64,000 nt of DNA from Octopus vulgaris. Taxonomy: Eukaryota. The notes under the pieces are model-generated. The model ran no database searches, was not told where the DNA came from, and saw only the letters and a list, made by a program, of their open reading frames with translations. Below are positions 43,378-56,454 of the stretch, piece by piece. The DNA is taken from positions 3,534,001-3,598,000 of the forward strand of contig OX597836.1 in the NCBI GenBank assembly GCA_951406725.2. The letters are read 5' to 3'. Each line of letters starts with the position of its first letter. The first letter of the stretch is position 1. The translations under genes and the position numbers were made by a program.

Positions 43378-43817
43378 ATATTTCGGAATGGTCATATTGC
43401 CAGTTTAGCCAATAAAAACACACGCACTATATATTTGGTGTTATTTTGCTTCAGTGATATTTATTTTTTACATTAATCTTAATCTTATTTCGGCCAAAGT
43501 TCTTTCGTCACATATATAGTGGTCCTTTGTTTTTTCTCACTTACTTGTGTCTCTCCTTACTAATCAGCCATTTTGTATATATATTTACATATCTCTATGT
43601 GCGTCTATGTTTATTTATGGGGGGATGTCTGTATATTTGTACTGGTTATATACATTCTTGTAATTTGTATTTTGTATCGTGTACATGAGAATACATTAAG
43701 AGGCTTCCAAATAGGAAAACCTTGTGCTAGAAAGAGCTGTAGAAAACTCAAACCACTAATTAGGGATAAATTCTCGAAAGGAATGAAAATTAAAAACGTT
43801 TACCATCTAATTTAGTT

Positions 43818-43884
43818 CCTAGACCATGGTTTCTGACTAATTTCAGTAAAAAAATATTTACTGAGACCAGTCTTCATCAGTAGG
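43818..43884 (-). ncRNA. Minimal type-I hammerhead ribozyme with long helix II
   Basis: Minus strand reads ccua-CUGAUGA-a-gacuggucucaguaaa-uauuuu-uuuacugaaauuaguc-a-GAAA-ccaugg-UC-uagg. Helix I ccua/uagg, ~16-bp helix II, palindromic ACCAUGGU helix III, GUC triplet. Confidence 0.8.
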
Positions 43885-43956
43885 TAGCCTTTAGATTTTA
43901 AATATACACACAACTAGATCCGAGCAACATACCTATGCACGGTCTTTTTTTTTTTT

Positions 43957-44290
43957 GTATGTGTGTGCTGAGTGCTTTCCATCCAGGTCCTCTCTAAGGT
44001 AAGAGAGCTCAGCTATTTTGGGGCTGTATAGGAGATCATCAGGAAAAGTGTGTTTCTTGAGGAGTTCACTGCCAACTCGTACAATGTTGCTCACTTCACT
44101 TTTCAGGACTGCATTTATATATTTATTTTTGCTGCTTTTGTTTAGCTGGTGCTGCCTGAGTGATACCATACGGCATTCGAAGGCCGTCTTCACTAACCAC
44201 AGGCCTCTACCACCTTCATTTCTTCTTAGGTAGAGCCTGTCAACATCAATGTCATACATTCGCAGGCGTTGAAGCATTCTCAGAAACCGT
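43957..44290 (-). mobile_element. RLE-type non-LTR retrotransposon fragment (R4/Dong/NeSL-like)
   Basis: Contains DVDRLYLRRNEGGRGL, the post-RT RLY..R..GGRGL motif of restriction-like-endonuclease LINEs. Confidence 0.7.
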
Positions 44291-44602
44291 TCTAAAGCTT
44301 CAATTCCCTCACAGTCCTAAGAGGACCGAAAAGGCCTTAATGATTCTCAAAAGCCTGAAGCTTGTAGGAGGATCTTTGTCAATAAAATGAAAATCAAAGT
44401 CACCCCCAAGTCATACGACCGAGAAAGTTATGTCCGGATGTATGTATATGTATGTATTTGCTTATATAAGTGTATATATTTATGAGTGTCTATTTGTATG
44501 TGTTTACGATGTGTGCATAGGTATGTGAGTGTGTGTATATGTTGTTATCTATGCATCCGATTGGACGGATGGACAAACAGACAGATAGATAACCAGCTAC
44601 AC

Positions 44603-44673
<71 letters not shown>

Positions 44674-45295
44674 GGGTGAGAAAGAAAAAGAGGGATCATA
44701 TAAGCTTTGTAAGACATACAATATTTACATACATACAAAAACAAACCGACAGGCAACCATACAGACAAACAGGCAGACAGACAGCCGGACGTACAGTCAG
44801 ACTGATAAACCGACAAACAGACAGACAATCAGCAGGAGAGACGGATAGGCTGACAGACAAAGAACAGGATTTCCTAGATGAATTCTCTGTGGAAATCTCC
44901 CAGTGTGATATCAGGAAGGTAAAGGAAAAAGAAAAAAGATGCGTGAAGATAAACTAATTAAAGATGGCGATAGAGACAACGATGATGATGGCTGCTGCCA
45001 TTGGGTGGTGTTTAGTGAAAGGGAGAGGTTGGGAGTTGGGGTGAAGGTAAGAGGAAGGATTCTGATTGATAGAGGTTTGCCACAGAGATGCCGGTGGTGG
45101 TGGTGGTGGTGGTGGTGGTGGTGGTGATGGGGTGGTGGTGGTGGTGGTGGTGGTGGTGGTGGTGGTGGTGGTAGGAGTTAAGTCATGAACTCAAAATCAA
45201 TCACGTGTATTAGGTTTAGAGTTTTGGTGCGGAGAATGCAGGGTTCGAAGCTGATCGAAAATAATATCGCCTGTAATCATTCTCTTACAAAGACA

Positions 45296-45670
45296 TTTCC
45301 TTCCCAACTACACGGTTCCGGGTTCAGTCCTAATGAGTGCCACCTTGGACAAGTATCATCTCCTATAGCCTTGAGACGACCAAAGCTTATGAATGGAATT
45401 TGGCAGACGGAAACTGAAAGAAGCCCATCACTTATGTGTGTCTGCGTGTGTGTGTATGTGCGTTTGTCTCTACCACAGCTTGACAATCAGTGTTGATGCG
45501 TTTACGTTCCCGTAACTTAGCAGTTCGGCAAAAGAGACTGATAGCATAAGCACCAGGCTTTAAGGAAAAGAAAACAATAAGTACCGGTGTCGATTTGTTG
45601 GACTAGAATTCTTCAAGGCGGTGCCCCAGCATGGCCGCAGGCTGATGAACGAAACAAGTAAAAGAATTAA
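45296..45670 (+). mobile_element. SINE family A, diverged
   Basis: ggttccgggttcagtcc..accttggacaagt..cagcttgacaatcagtg..ccagcatggccgcagg. Confidence 0.75.
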
Positions 45671-45678
45671 AGAATATG

Positions 45679-46714
45679 CGGTAATGCCTCGTTATACGAG
45701 TTCATTTATTCCCGAACCTCGCTCGTAAATTGAAACTCGTAAAAACAGAGCAACACTTTCTTCATAACAGCAATGAAATTTTATGCCATCGTTTTATTCC
45801 GTTGCTGTGTAGACGTGTTGGAACCAGTGTTGCTACATGTTGCCACGTTTCCACATGTTGCGGTGTTGCCACATGTTGCCATGTTGCGACGTTGCCACAC
45901 GTTGCGACGTTGCCACACGTTGCGACGTTGCCACATGTTGCCACGTTGCCACATGGTGTCGAGTTGCCACATGTGGAGACGCTTCCACATGTTGCGGTGT
46001 TTCCACATGTTGCGGCGTTGCCACATGTTGCCACGTTGCCACATGTTGCCACGTTTCCACACACAAAATGGCTGTTTAACCATTTTCTATTAGAACTAGA
46101 GAGACTTTTTATATGTTTACTCGCCTTGAAACTACCCTTCGAGCGGCATTCAGGCTAACTCCTGCAGAGGGCATCTTTGAGGCCTTCGGCTCCGCTATCG
46201 GGCCGCTTCGTGGCTCTCTACCCTTGTGTAATGTAATGGAATTAGACATATTCATTGTATATGTATCTCCCGGTATCAATTATCCGATACCACATTCCAA
46301 ACTCCCAACCCGACTACACCCACACATCCATACCCACACATTTAATACCTATACTTCACTCCCACACATCTCCATCTAAACTCCATCTCCCATTAACTTG
46401 TTTCTGCAGATGTGCTAAGCTCTGATGCTGATCATAGTTTAATCAATAAGCGTAGGGGCGGGGCAAATGCAGTAAAAATAGGCGGAGAGTCAGTAGATCC
46501 CCATTTAAGTGGCCCTTCAGAAATTAAACTTCCTTACAATACTCTCTGGGAGTTCGTGGTATGAAATTCATTGTCATTGCTCCGATGTTGTTGCACACAC
46601 ACACACAAACACAGACACACACACACACAGGTCTATTTTCTATAATAGATAAAATGAAACACGTAAACCCGGATTTTCTCGTAAAACGGGTCCCCGTAAA
46701 GTGAGGTACTGCTG
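45679..46714. mobile_element. Tigger/pogo-like non-autonomous DNA transposon carrying a minisatellite
   Basis: Degenerate TIRs cggtaatgcctcgttatacg / cgtaaagtgaggtactgctg (CAGTA.TACCTC type), with subterminal ctcgtaaa repeats at both ends. Confidence 0.55.
45828..46060. repeat. 18-bp minisatellite (GTTGCCACAYGTTGCSRC-type, ~13 units)
   Basis: Direct tandem repeats; translate as (HVATLP)n or (TCGNVA)n. Confidence 0.9.
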
Positions 46715-46737
46715 TCTACATACATAAACGCGCACGC

Positions 46738-47050
46738 GCGAGGTGCATTTCAGAAGTTTTGAGGCAGACGTTCATTAATTTCAAAGAATTACAAAACTCT
46801 AATCTCCTCCAAACTCGGACCCTCTGACTTCAATGCACTTGTTGTAGCGCCCCACCCACATCGTGAAGGCCCCATGGAAGTCCTTCAATGTGAAGGTGTC
46901 CAGGATCCTTTGTCGCAGCCTCCAATCTTCTCAATGTCTTCAAAATGATTGCCGCAAGAGTCTCCTTTTGTTGTGGGAACAATCAAAAGTCACTGGGACC
47001 AAGGTCTGAACGGTAGGGAGGCTAGGGGACAGTTTTAAGGTCCTCAGGCA
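46738..47050 (-). mobile_element. Mariner transposase C-terminal remnant with TIR
   Basis: Minus strand PPYRSDLGPSDF*LFP (YSPDLAPSDF motif) and DFHGAFTMWVGRYNKCIEVRGSEF; TIR-like cgaggtgcatttcagaagtttt at the left edge. Confidence 0.75.
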
Positions 47051-47238
47051 GTGTGTTCAAAGTGCTGTAACAGCTGTCTCCTTCAATTTCGAATAACAAA
47101 AGTTGGCAGGTCAGATTATTTGATGTATAGTAATGATAGACTAAAATCATAATGATCTACGAATGACACTCCAAAAAAAAATTGCCTCAGAGCTGCAGGA
47201 ATGTACATCGCGTGTGCGTCTATAGATAGATAGATAGA

Positions 47239-47278
<40 letters not shown>

Positions 47279-47280
47279 AT

Positions 47281-47356
<76 letters not shown>

Positions 47357-47438
47357 GAAAGAGAGAGAGCGAAAATTAGATAGATAGAGAGAGAGAGAGA
47401 ATTAGATAGATAGAGAGAGAGAGAGAGAATTAGATTGG

Positions 47439-47519
<81 letters not shown>

Positions 47520-47520
<1 letters not shown>

Positions 47521-47790
47521 CGACGAGTTTCTTTCATTTTCCATCTACCAAATCCAACCACAAGGCTTTGGTCAGCCTGAGGCTATAGTAGAAGACTCTC
47601 GACCAAGGTGCCACGCAGTTGAACTGAACCGAAACCATGTGGTTGGGAAGCAAGCTTTTCATCCAGTGGTTCCCAACCTTTTTATTTAAGTCTGGTACTT
47701 ATCGTATCGGTCTGTTTTGCCGAGATGGAAGTAAACAAACCAACATAGGTTGCCAGGTTGCCAAGCGGAGATGGGGAAAAACAAAAGCAC
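47520..47790 (-). mobile_element. SINE family A pieces
   Basis: cacaaggctttggtcagcctgaggctatagtagaagac..aaggtgccacgcag..ccatgtggttgggaagcaagc. Confidence 0.7.
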
Positions 47791-47792
47791 AT

Positions 47793-47837
<45 letters not shown>

Positions 47838-48006
47838 TACGGCTCTGTATATGTATGAATGTATGTATGTATGTATGTTTGTATGGTTAAATGGATGGAT
47901 GGATGGATGGATGGATGCACGTATGTACGTACTTACGCATATAAGTATGTAAGTATGTTGTATGTATGTATTTTGCATGTATCTATATATGTATATACTG
48001 CGTATG

Positions 48007-48092
<86 letters not shown>

Positions 48093-48419
48093 TGTGCATG
48101 TATGTATGTTTATATGTGTTTGTCCTTCCACCTAGACAGGTTGATTGGATGTGTGTTGCGTGTGAAAAAGCTTGCAAGCCTTTCCTGGGCTTGAAGCCAT
48201 TTATGGCCACTCAAAAGAATCCCATGTGACCAACGGTTACCAAAGCTTCACAACATAAAGATCTGCTGCCGGACAGAATTGTCGTCTGAGAGGTCATGGA
48301 GAGAGAGTCAGAAATGCCATTGACAACGATGAAACGCAGAGGCGATAATAAAATGAGAGGATGGTGTACGCATGTGTGCATATATATATGTATATATATA
48401 TATATATGCTTGCATGTAG

Positions 48420-48582
48420 GTATGTGTGTGTATGTATGTATGTATTATGTATGTTTGTGTGTGTGTATATGTATGCATTATGTATGTATGTATCAATGTA
48501 TGCATGTACGTATGTATACATGTATGCATCTATGCATGTATACATGTAAGTATGTATGTATGTATGCATGTGTGTATTTATG

Positions 48583-48616
<34 letters not shown>

Positions 48617-49495
48617 TGTATGTATGTATGTATGTATGTATGCATGTATGTATGTATATGTGTATGTATTTTTGTATGTATGTATGTATGTATGTATGCA
48701 TGTATGTATTTATGTATATATGTATGTGTGTATGTATGTATGTATTTATGTATGTATGTATGTATGTATGTATGTATGTATGTATATATGTATGTCTGTA
48801 TGTATGTATGTATTTATGTATGTATGTATGTATGCATGTATGTATGTATGTATGTAAGTATGTATGTATGTATGTATATATGTATGTGTGTATGTATGTA
48901 TGTATTTATGTATGTATGTATGTATGTATGTATGCATGTATGTATGTATATATGTATGTCTGTATGTATGTATGTATTTATGTATGTATGTATGTATGTA
49001 TGTATGTATGTATGTATGTATGTATGTATGTATGTATGTATGTATGTATGTATGTATATATGTATGTGTGTATGTATGTATGTATTTATGTATGTATGTA
49101 TGTATGTATGTATTTATGTATGTATGTATATATGTATGTCTGTATGTATGTATGTATTTATGTATGTATGTATGTATGCATGTATGTATGTATGTATGTA
49201 TGCATGTATGTATGTATGTATATATGTATGTGTGTATGTATGTATGTATTTATGTATGTATGTATGTATGTATGTATGTATGTATGTATGTATGTATATA
49301 TGTATGTGTGTATGTATGTATGTATTTATGTATGTATGTATGTATGTATACATGTATGCATCTATGCACGTATACATGTAAGTATGTATGCATGTATGTA
49401 TGTATACATGTATGCATCTATGCATGTATACATGTAAGTATGTATGTATATATGTATATAAATGTATGCATGTATGTATGCGTGTATGCATGTAT
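48420..49495. repeat. ~1-kb (TATG)n array with higher-order repeat structure
   Basis: The variant blocks tatatatgtatgtgtg / tatttatg / tatgtctg recur periodically. Confidence 0.9.
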
Positions 49496-49556
49496 CGATG
49501 GATGGATGGACGAAATGGCTTTGAGTTCAATAACAAAACCAAAAATAGCAGCAGCA

Positions 49557-49587
<31 letters not shown>

Positions 49588-50201
49588 TGGCGACAACAAC
49601 AACAACAGCAACTGTCGTAAATATAATAAAAGAGTCGAGAAAAGTAAATCGAAGCAAAAAGAAATTTAGAAAGATAAAAGATTCTCCGTTTAGAGAATGC
49701 AAGGGAAGTAACTCAGTACGTAATTACTTTTTCAAGGGAATTAACTCTCGTCAAGAGAAATAACTTTGTACAACTTTTATATTAATTTTTAATCGTTTTT
49801 ATTTACTTGTTTCGGTCATTACACATACATACACACATACACACACACACACACACACATATACATTACATCCACACACAGATACACAAACACACACATA
49901 CACTCACACACACCCATACACGTATCTCCACACATACACACACATATCCACACACACACAAACATCAACACCCCCACAAACACACACATACACACTCACA
50001 CACATACACTCTCATACGCACACTCACACACATACACACACATACAGACGCATGCATGCACCTCCACACACACACAAGCACACGCACCTCCACATACACA
50101 CATACATACGTGTACCTTCACATATACGCACACACACCCTCTTACATATACACACAAACTCACACACTCATATACGCGTGAAAACGCACTTTCACACACA
50201 C

Positions 50202-50900
50202 AGGACCGATCAGGTAAAGGACCTGGGTATCTTGGTGGATTCCTCCTTTTCGCCTTCGGCCCAGTGCGTCCATGCTTGCCAACAAAGCAAGCAGAGTTCC
50301 GTTTTTGATTCGACGGTCATTCGGAATGCTCACATCAGCCATATTCCTACCGCTCTAAGTCACGCTGGTGAGACCCATATTGGAGTACGGGATTCAAGCC
50401 TCTTCTCCTTATCTCCTCAAATACATACAGCATCTCGAAAGGGTCCAGAGAAGCTGGCTACCCGCATGGTTCTTGGTCTCAAGAATTTGTCTTATGAAGA
50501 AAGGCTGAAGACGCTCGACCTTTATTTTCTAGAAAAACGACGACGCCGTTGTGATCTCATTCTTGCTCAAAACATCATAAGCGGAAAGTGTAACCTCTCG
50601 AAAGAGCTGTTCTTCACTCCTGCTCCAGAGCGTCGGCTCCGGGGTCATTCCGAAAAGCTCTATCTGCGATGATTTCATCTCAATTGAAAGAGAGGGGCTT
50701 TCTCCGTCCGGGTTGCGGATCCGTGGAATAAGCTGCCGGACGAGATGGTGAAGATGCCGACGACCGCTCGGTTCAAAGTCTCCCTTGACCACAAGTGGCC
50801 TGAACTCTTTACATGAACACCACCCTGTACATAACTCCATGTCCCCCTAAATGGCCTTGCTTTTTGCTTTTTGAGCCAAAAAAAATTAACTAACTAACTA
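50202..50900 (+). mobile_element. 5'-truncated CR1-clade LINE (ORF2 C-terminus + 3'UTR)
   Basis: Across frameshifts: VKDLGILVDSSFSPS..TLVRPILEYG..SPY..HLERVQ..ATRMVLGLKNLSYEERLKTLDL..LEKRRRRCDLI..RLRGHSEKL..FSVRVADPWNKLP. Ends in an A-run plus (TAAC)n tail. Confidence 0.9.
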
Positions 50901-51035
50901 CATACGTGCACCTTCACATATACGCACACACACCCTCTTACATATATACACAAACTCACACGCTCATATACGCGCGGAAACGCACTTTCACACACGCACA
51001 CACAGACACACACTTATTGGGGAAAAAAATGTCAA

Positions 51036-51300
51036 ATGTTCGATTTCGTATCGAACCAACGACTATACTCAGAAACTGGGATGCGTTTCACTACTCGTAT
51101 GTTTCCGGAGCATCAGCTCCGACTGTTTGGTCATTTTGCTTTCTCTGGGGATGAGGTTAAAGTGACGGGTCGTGTTGGTCGGCCACATGCCACTCGGTTA
51201 CGGCGAATGAGTAAGTATTTCGCGGAGATATAGCCTGACTGATACACGGCTCTGATGGGTCGTGGGCAGACGGTGGATGCAGAGGTTCGCTGCATCGTTA
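51036..51300 (+). mobile_element. RTE-clade LINE ORF2 C-terminal fragment
   Basis: DFVSNQRLYSETGM..EHQLRLFGHFA..GRVGRPHAT resembles the RTE pattern D.VSN..L.....R.RQLR.FGHVAR..RGRP..W. Confidence 0.6.
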
Positions 51301-51507
51301 CATTCCATTATTCTTGGCCCATGAATATCATGAAAGCCAAGCGGGTCTAGGTGGTATTTGAACTCAGAACGTAAAGAGCCAATAGGAATGCCACAAAGCA
51401 TTTTCGTTCGATGATCTACCGGTTCTGCCAACTAGTTACCTCACTTTTCTGTTAGAATACAATAATAATAAGTAACTTCCAAGTTTACCCCGTTTGTGAA
51501 AAACAAT

Positions 51508-51555
<48 letters not shown>

Positions 51556-51771
51556 TGTATGTGTGTGTGTGAGTGTGTGTGTATGCGTGTGTATGAGTGT
51601 GTGTGTGTGTGTGTGTGTGAGTGTGTGTGTGTATGTGTGTGTGTGAGTGTGTATGTGTGTGTGTATGTGTGTGTGTGAGTGTGTGTGTGTGTGCGTGTGT
51701 GAGTGTGTATGTGTGTGTGTATGTGTGTGTGAGTGTGTGTGTGTGTGTATGTGTGTGTGTGTGTGTGTGTG

Positions 51772-51841
<70 letters not shown>

Positions 51842-52190
51842 AAGCTGGTGTCCAAACAATTAGCGAGATAGCTTGGTGTGCTGGCTGATTGATGACACGC
51901 GTATATCCTGTTTACGAAACGCGCATAAACATAGAAACACACACAAACAAACACACACACGCACAAATACATACGTGTGTGTGTGTGTGTTTAATTAGAG
52001 AATATGTTAACCTCGTGAAGGGATGGTTTCATCAAAGGGAATGCTGGTTCAATACCAAGCATCGTTGGGGAATTAAATTCCCTCAAAACAATTGGTATAT
52101 ATTAAGCATATACACCCTATTTTCTTTTATCTTATTCATTTAACTGGATATATATGTATGTGTATATATATATATATGTGTGTGTGTATT

Positions 52191-52230
<40 letters not shown>

Positions 52231-52610
52231 CATATATATATACATACGTGCACCTTCACATATACGCACACACACCTTCTTACATATACACACAAACTCA
52301 CACATTCATATACGCGCGAAAACGCACTTTCACATACACACATATGTATATATATATATATATATATATACGCAGACACACGCCCTGAGGTTCTGAGATT
52401 TTGAGAAGGTGTCGTCTAGACGCATCCAATCAAAATATCGGATTACAATTTTGTTCCCCGTTTATTTCATTTCCGCTTGGATGACCTTCACGAGCATACA
52501 CGGTGCATACGCAATCACACACCTAATATATACAATATGTGGGTGTGTTTTCATGCGTATATCGCTATTGATTTAAATCGTGTGTGTGTATTCATACATA
52601 CATACATACA

Positions 52611-52643
<33 letters not shown>

Positions 52644-52962
52644 GCATTCATGCATGCATACATGCGTACGTATGTACGCATGTGAGTGTGTGTGTGTGTA
52701 AATATACACATACACACAGGTATGTAAGTATGCATGGCCGCATGCAAAATCGATGATTTTGTTTGATGATATATCAAAATTGATAATATAATGAACTCAA
52801 TCTCGCTTCACTGAGATCAATTGTGCAGAGAAATAAAAGGAAGTCACAGCGTGTCCTTATTCGATCAACACAAACACCAAACGGTTAGAAGTTGAGAGGC
52901 TCACATCCTTGTACAGCAGCTGCCATACACACATTTATATATACATACATATACATACATAC

Positions 52963-53029
<67 letters not shown>

Positions 53030-53945
53030 ACATACTCATATGTGTGGTTGTTTTTCTCACGGCGATCAGCAACAATAAAGAGAGACGCGCGCTTCAATGA
53101 AGAAACGTCTTCGTGGTCGCTGAAACGGCTGACGCCAATGAATGACTCTCTTCCGATAATAAAGGTGATCATGAATACATTGCTTTTTATCGTTAGTCTA
53201 CTCTGTCAGTGTTGACCCAGGGCTAAGAAAAAATAAGGAGATTATCAGTAAATGCCGTACCAACAGCAATAAGAAAGAACTAAATTTACAAGAATACAAA
53301 AGAAAAGACTTAAAGAAACAACAACGACAACAGCAACACCTAGACAAAGTAATGAAGGATTCTTCTGTAAGTGGTTGCACGACCAGCTAGAAATAGCAGC
53401 CCTTCATCTCCACCAAGCAACACTTAACTTACTTTAAAACGAAACCAAAGTTGCATTATTCACTTTAGTCCTGGATGTGTAAGATATATATATAAAAATA
53501 GACTGGATGGCCACGACTGGATCAGTTTTGAATGATACGTCTGTTCGAGCAAGGCTGGTGTGGTGTTAAACAAAAACAACAGTACGAGAGTAACAATAAC
53601 AACAACAACAACAACAACAACAGTATCAACGATAAATACTTATTGAGGGCAGCTGGAGCAACGACCAATAAAGGAACGACAATTGTGACTCCTTATATGA
53701 ACGAGAAAAGGAATGAATCCAGCATCCGAATGAAAACCAGGTTAGTTCCTTCTTAGTAACTTCGTCTTCTTGTTGTTGAGGTTGAATTGATGAGAGTATT
53801 GTAACTACAGCTCAGAATTCGTGAGTTCAAGTCTCTTCTGAGATATATAATTCCTTGCGTTTCTGGTTCAGGTCTCAGTACCAGCCCCGCAACTCTCTAA
53901 TGGCCGCCTCCCACTGTTTTTACGTGCAATGTATCCCTCGGCGAA

Positions 53946-54265
53946 GGAGCGTGGCTTAGTGGTTAGGGCATTCGGCTCCCGATCGTAATGTCGTGAGTTC
54001 CATTCCCGGCGGCACGTTGTGGCTTTGAGCAAGACTTATTTCACGTAGCTTCAGTCCACTCAGCTGGCAAAAATGAATTTTACTTGTATTTCAAAGGGGC
54101 CAGCCTTGTCACATTCTGTGTCATGCTGAATCTCTCTGGGAATCACATTAAGGGTCGGCGTGTCTGTGGAGTGCTCAGCCAGTTGCAAGTTAACATCACA
54201 ATCAGGTGGTTTCTTGATCGGATCAACTGGGAACATTGCCGTCGTCGCAACCGACGGAGTACCAG
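53946..54265 (+). mobile_element. SINE family C (tRNA-like head + ttgtg.ccttgagcaagac domain)
   Basis: A-box tggcttagtgg, B-box gagttccattccc; body ccactcagctggcaaaaatg..gtggagtgctcagccagttgca..accgacggag. Confidence 0.8.
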
Positions 54266-54467
54266 TCCTGTCTCTTAGTTATTTTAAGACATATAGTGAC
54301 GAGGAAACAGAGTTAAGCCATCGTCGAACTGCCAGACCCACGATTGGTTTAAGTGGCCGAAACTTCGAAGTTACAGTCGATGATACTCTTGTTTAAGGAT
54401 AATAAATTTGTATTCCATAAAAGTACATCGCATTCATGTAAAATTGCTTTTATTATAACTAAACATC

Positions 54468-54690
54468 AAAGCGGTGAGGTGGAAGAATCGTTAGCACGCC
54501 GGACAAAATGCTTAGCGGCATACCGTCCGTCTTTACGTTCTGAGTTCAAACTCCACCGAGACTGACTTCGCTTTTTTTTATCTTTTCAGCATTGATAAAT
54601 TAGTACCAGTTGTATAACAGGGTCGATATAATCGACTACTTCCCTCCCCTCAAATTTCAGGTGTTGTTTCTGTAACAGAAAGGGTTAGAA
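54468..54690 (+). mobile_element. SINE family B
   Basis: aaagcggtgaggtggaagaatcgttagcacgccggacaaaatgcttagcgg..gataaattagtaccagttg. Confidence 0.75.
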
Positions 54691-54716
54691 AAGAGCATAA
54701 AAACAAATGTTAACAA

Positions 54717-54796
<80 letters not shown>

Positions 54797-54911
54797 AAAA
54801 TTAGAACAAACAGTAAAAAGCTGCCATTATAGTACTTGGAGTTACGAATGTCGGAGCGAAGAGCTACAATGCGTTATCGTCGACTAATAACTGTTGTTAC
54901 TTATTATTATT

Positions 54912-54955
<44 letters not shown>

Positions 54956-54962
54956 TATCATT

Positions 54963-55422
54963 GAGTGAGAGAGCAGTACATGCCATCAAAGTGACACTGG
55001 GGTAAAATATACGAAGCCCAATATACCCATCATGACTACCCGTCTGATAAGGGTACACCAGGCACATGCATCACAACCATATGTGCGCAACATGGTGATC
55101 TCATATCAAGATAAACAGCACATGACCTTGCAGGTGGGGCCCAGTTAGAATTTTCTTCAGGTTGAGTAGCCCATCCCGCTCAAAAGGTCCCTGAATAAGG
55201 GTTGTTTAAGGATGTTGAAAGAACCACCCATGTTTCCAGAGGTGAATTATTCGAACCCCAAAGAATCCCTCTCAACACATGGCTATGATGCTCCCCCACT
55301 ACTTCTGCTCGTGATCAGAGATGCACATATCGTCAGCCAATAAGGGACATGCTCAACTGGTTACGGTCAAACAACTGACAAGCAAATCTGTGGTATTGAG
55401 CAGAATATTTGCTGTAGCCCAT
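54963..55422. mobile_element. Dispersed ~460-bp repeat embedded in (TAT)n arrays
   Basis: Flanked on both sides by (TAT)n. A partial reverse-complement copy lies at ~29658-29817 (gcagaagtagtggggg..cacctctggaaacatgggtg..ccttaaacaa..gggacc). Confidence 0.65.
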
Positions 55423-55448
55423 AATTATTATTATTATTATCATTATTA

Positions 55449-55479
<31 letters not shown>

Positions 55480-55481
55480 TA

Positions 55482-55593
<112 letters not shown>

Positions 55594-55595
55594 TA

Positions 55596-55636
<41 letters not shown>

Positions 55637-55659
55637 ATTATTATTATTATTATTACTAC

Positions 55660-55707
<48 letters not shown>

Positions 55708-55803
55708 CATTATTACTACTATTATTATTATTATTATTATTGTTGTTGTTGTTGTTGTTGTTGCTGTTGTTGTTGTTGTTATTATTATCATTATCATATA
55801 CAT

Positions 55804-55966
55804 AGGCGTAGGAGTGGCTGTGTGGTAAGTAGCTTGCTTACGAACCACATGGTTCCGGGTTCAGTTCCACTGCGTGGCACCTTGGGCAAGTGTCTTCTAC
55901 TATAGCATAGTTCCGAGCAAAGCCTTGTGAGTAAATTTGGTAGATGGAAACTGAAAGAAGCTTGTC

Positions 55967-56040
<74 letters not shown>

Positions 56041-56239
56041 TTGTGTGTCTGTGTTGTCCCCGTAACATCGCTTGACAACCGATGTTGGTGTGTTTACGAC
56101 CCGGTAACTTAGCGGTTCGGTAAAAGGGAACGATAGAATAAGTATTAAGCTTACAAAATATAAGTCCTGGGGTCGATTTGCTCGACTAAAAGGCGGTGCT
56201 CCAGCATCGCCACAGTCAAATAACTGAAACAAGTAAAAG

Positions 56240-56240
<1 letters not shown>
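55804..56240 (+). mobile_element. SINE family A, full length
   Basis: ggcgtaggagtggctgtgtggtaagtagc.. through ..actgaaacaagtaaaaga, with internal (TA)n. Confidence 0.85.
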
Positions 56241-56329
<89 letters not shown>

Positions 56330-56409
56330 CAAAGTTGAGTTGTGGGGTATCGCACGAGTGGAATTATATACGAAAGAAGGTTTGAAAATGCAATTTAAAA
56401 GATGTTTAT

Positions 56410-56454
56410 TTACTTAACCGGTTTCACTCTTTGGAAAAAGATTGTCAAAAGTAA
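56410..56454 (-). ncRNA. Hammerhead variant with U3-A8 core (left arm)
   Basis: Minus strand reads uuacuu-UUGACAA-ucuuuuuccaaagagu-GAAA-ccgg-UU-aaguaa. Perfect 6-bp helix I, helix II ucuuu/aaaga, palindromic ACCGGU. Confidence 0.6.

Noticed and set aside
45828-46060. CRISPR-like periodicity
   Set aside because: Contiguous tandem units without unique spacers, in eukaryotic DNA with no cas genes.
48296-49763. ORFs of 293-361 aa (MYVC repeats)
   Set aside because: They are translations of a (TATG)n array that lacks stops by construction; no coding complexity.
53090-53135. Hammerhead-like atgaaga..gaaacggctg
   Set aside because: C3 is missing, helix II is weak and there is no UH triplet in register.
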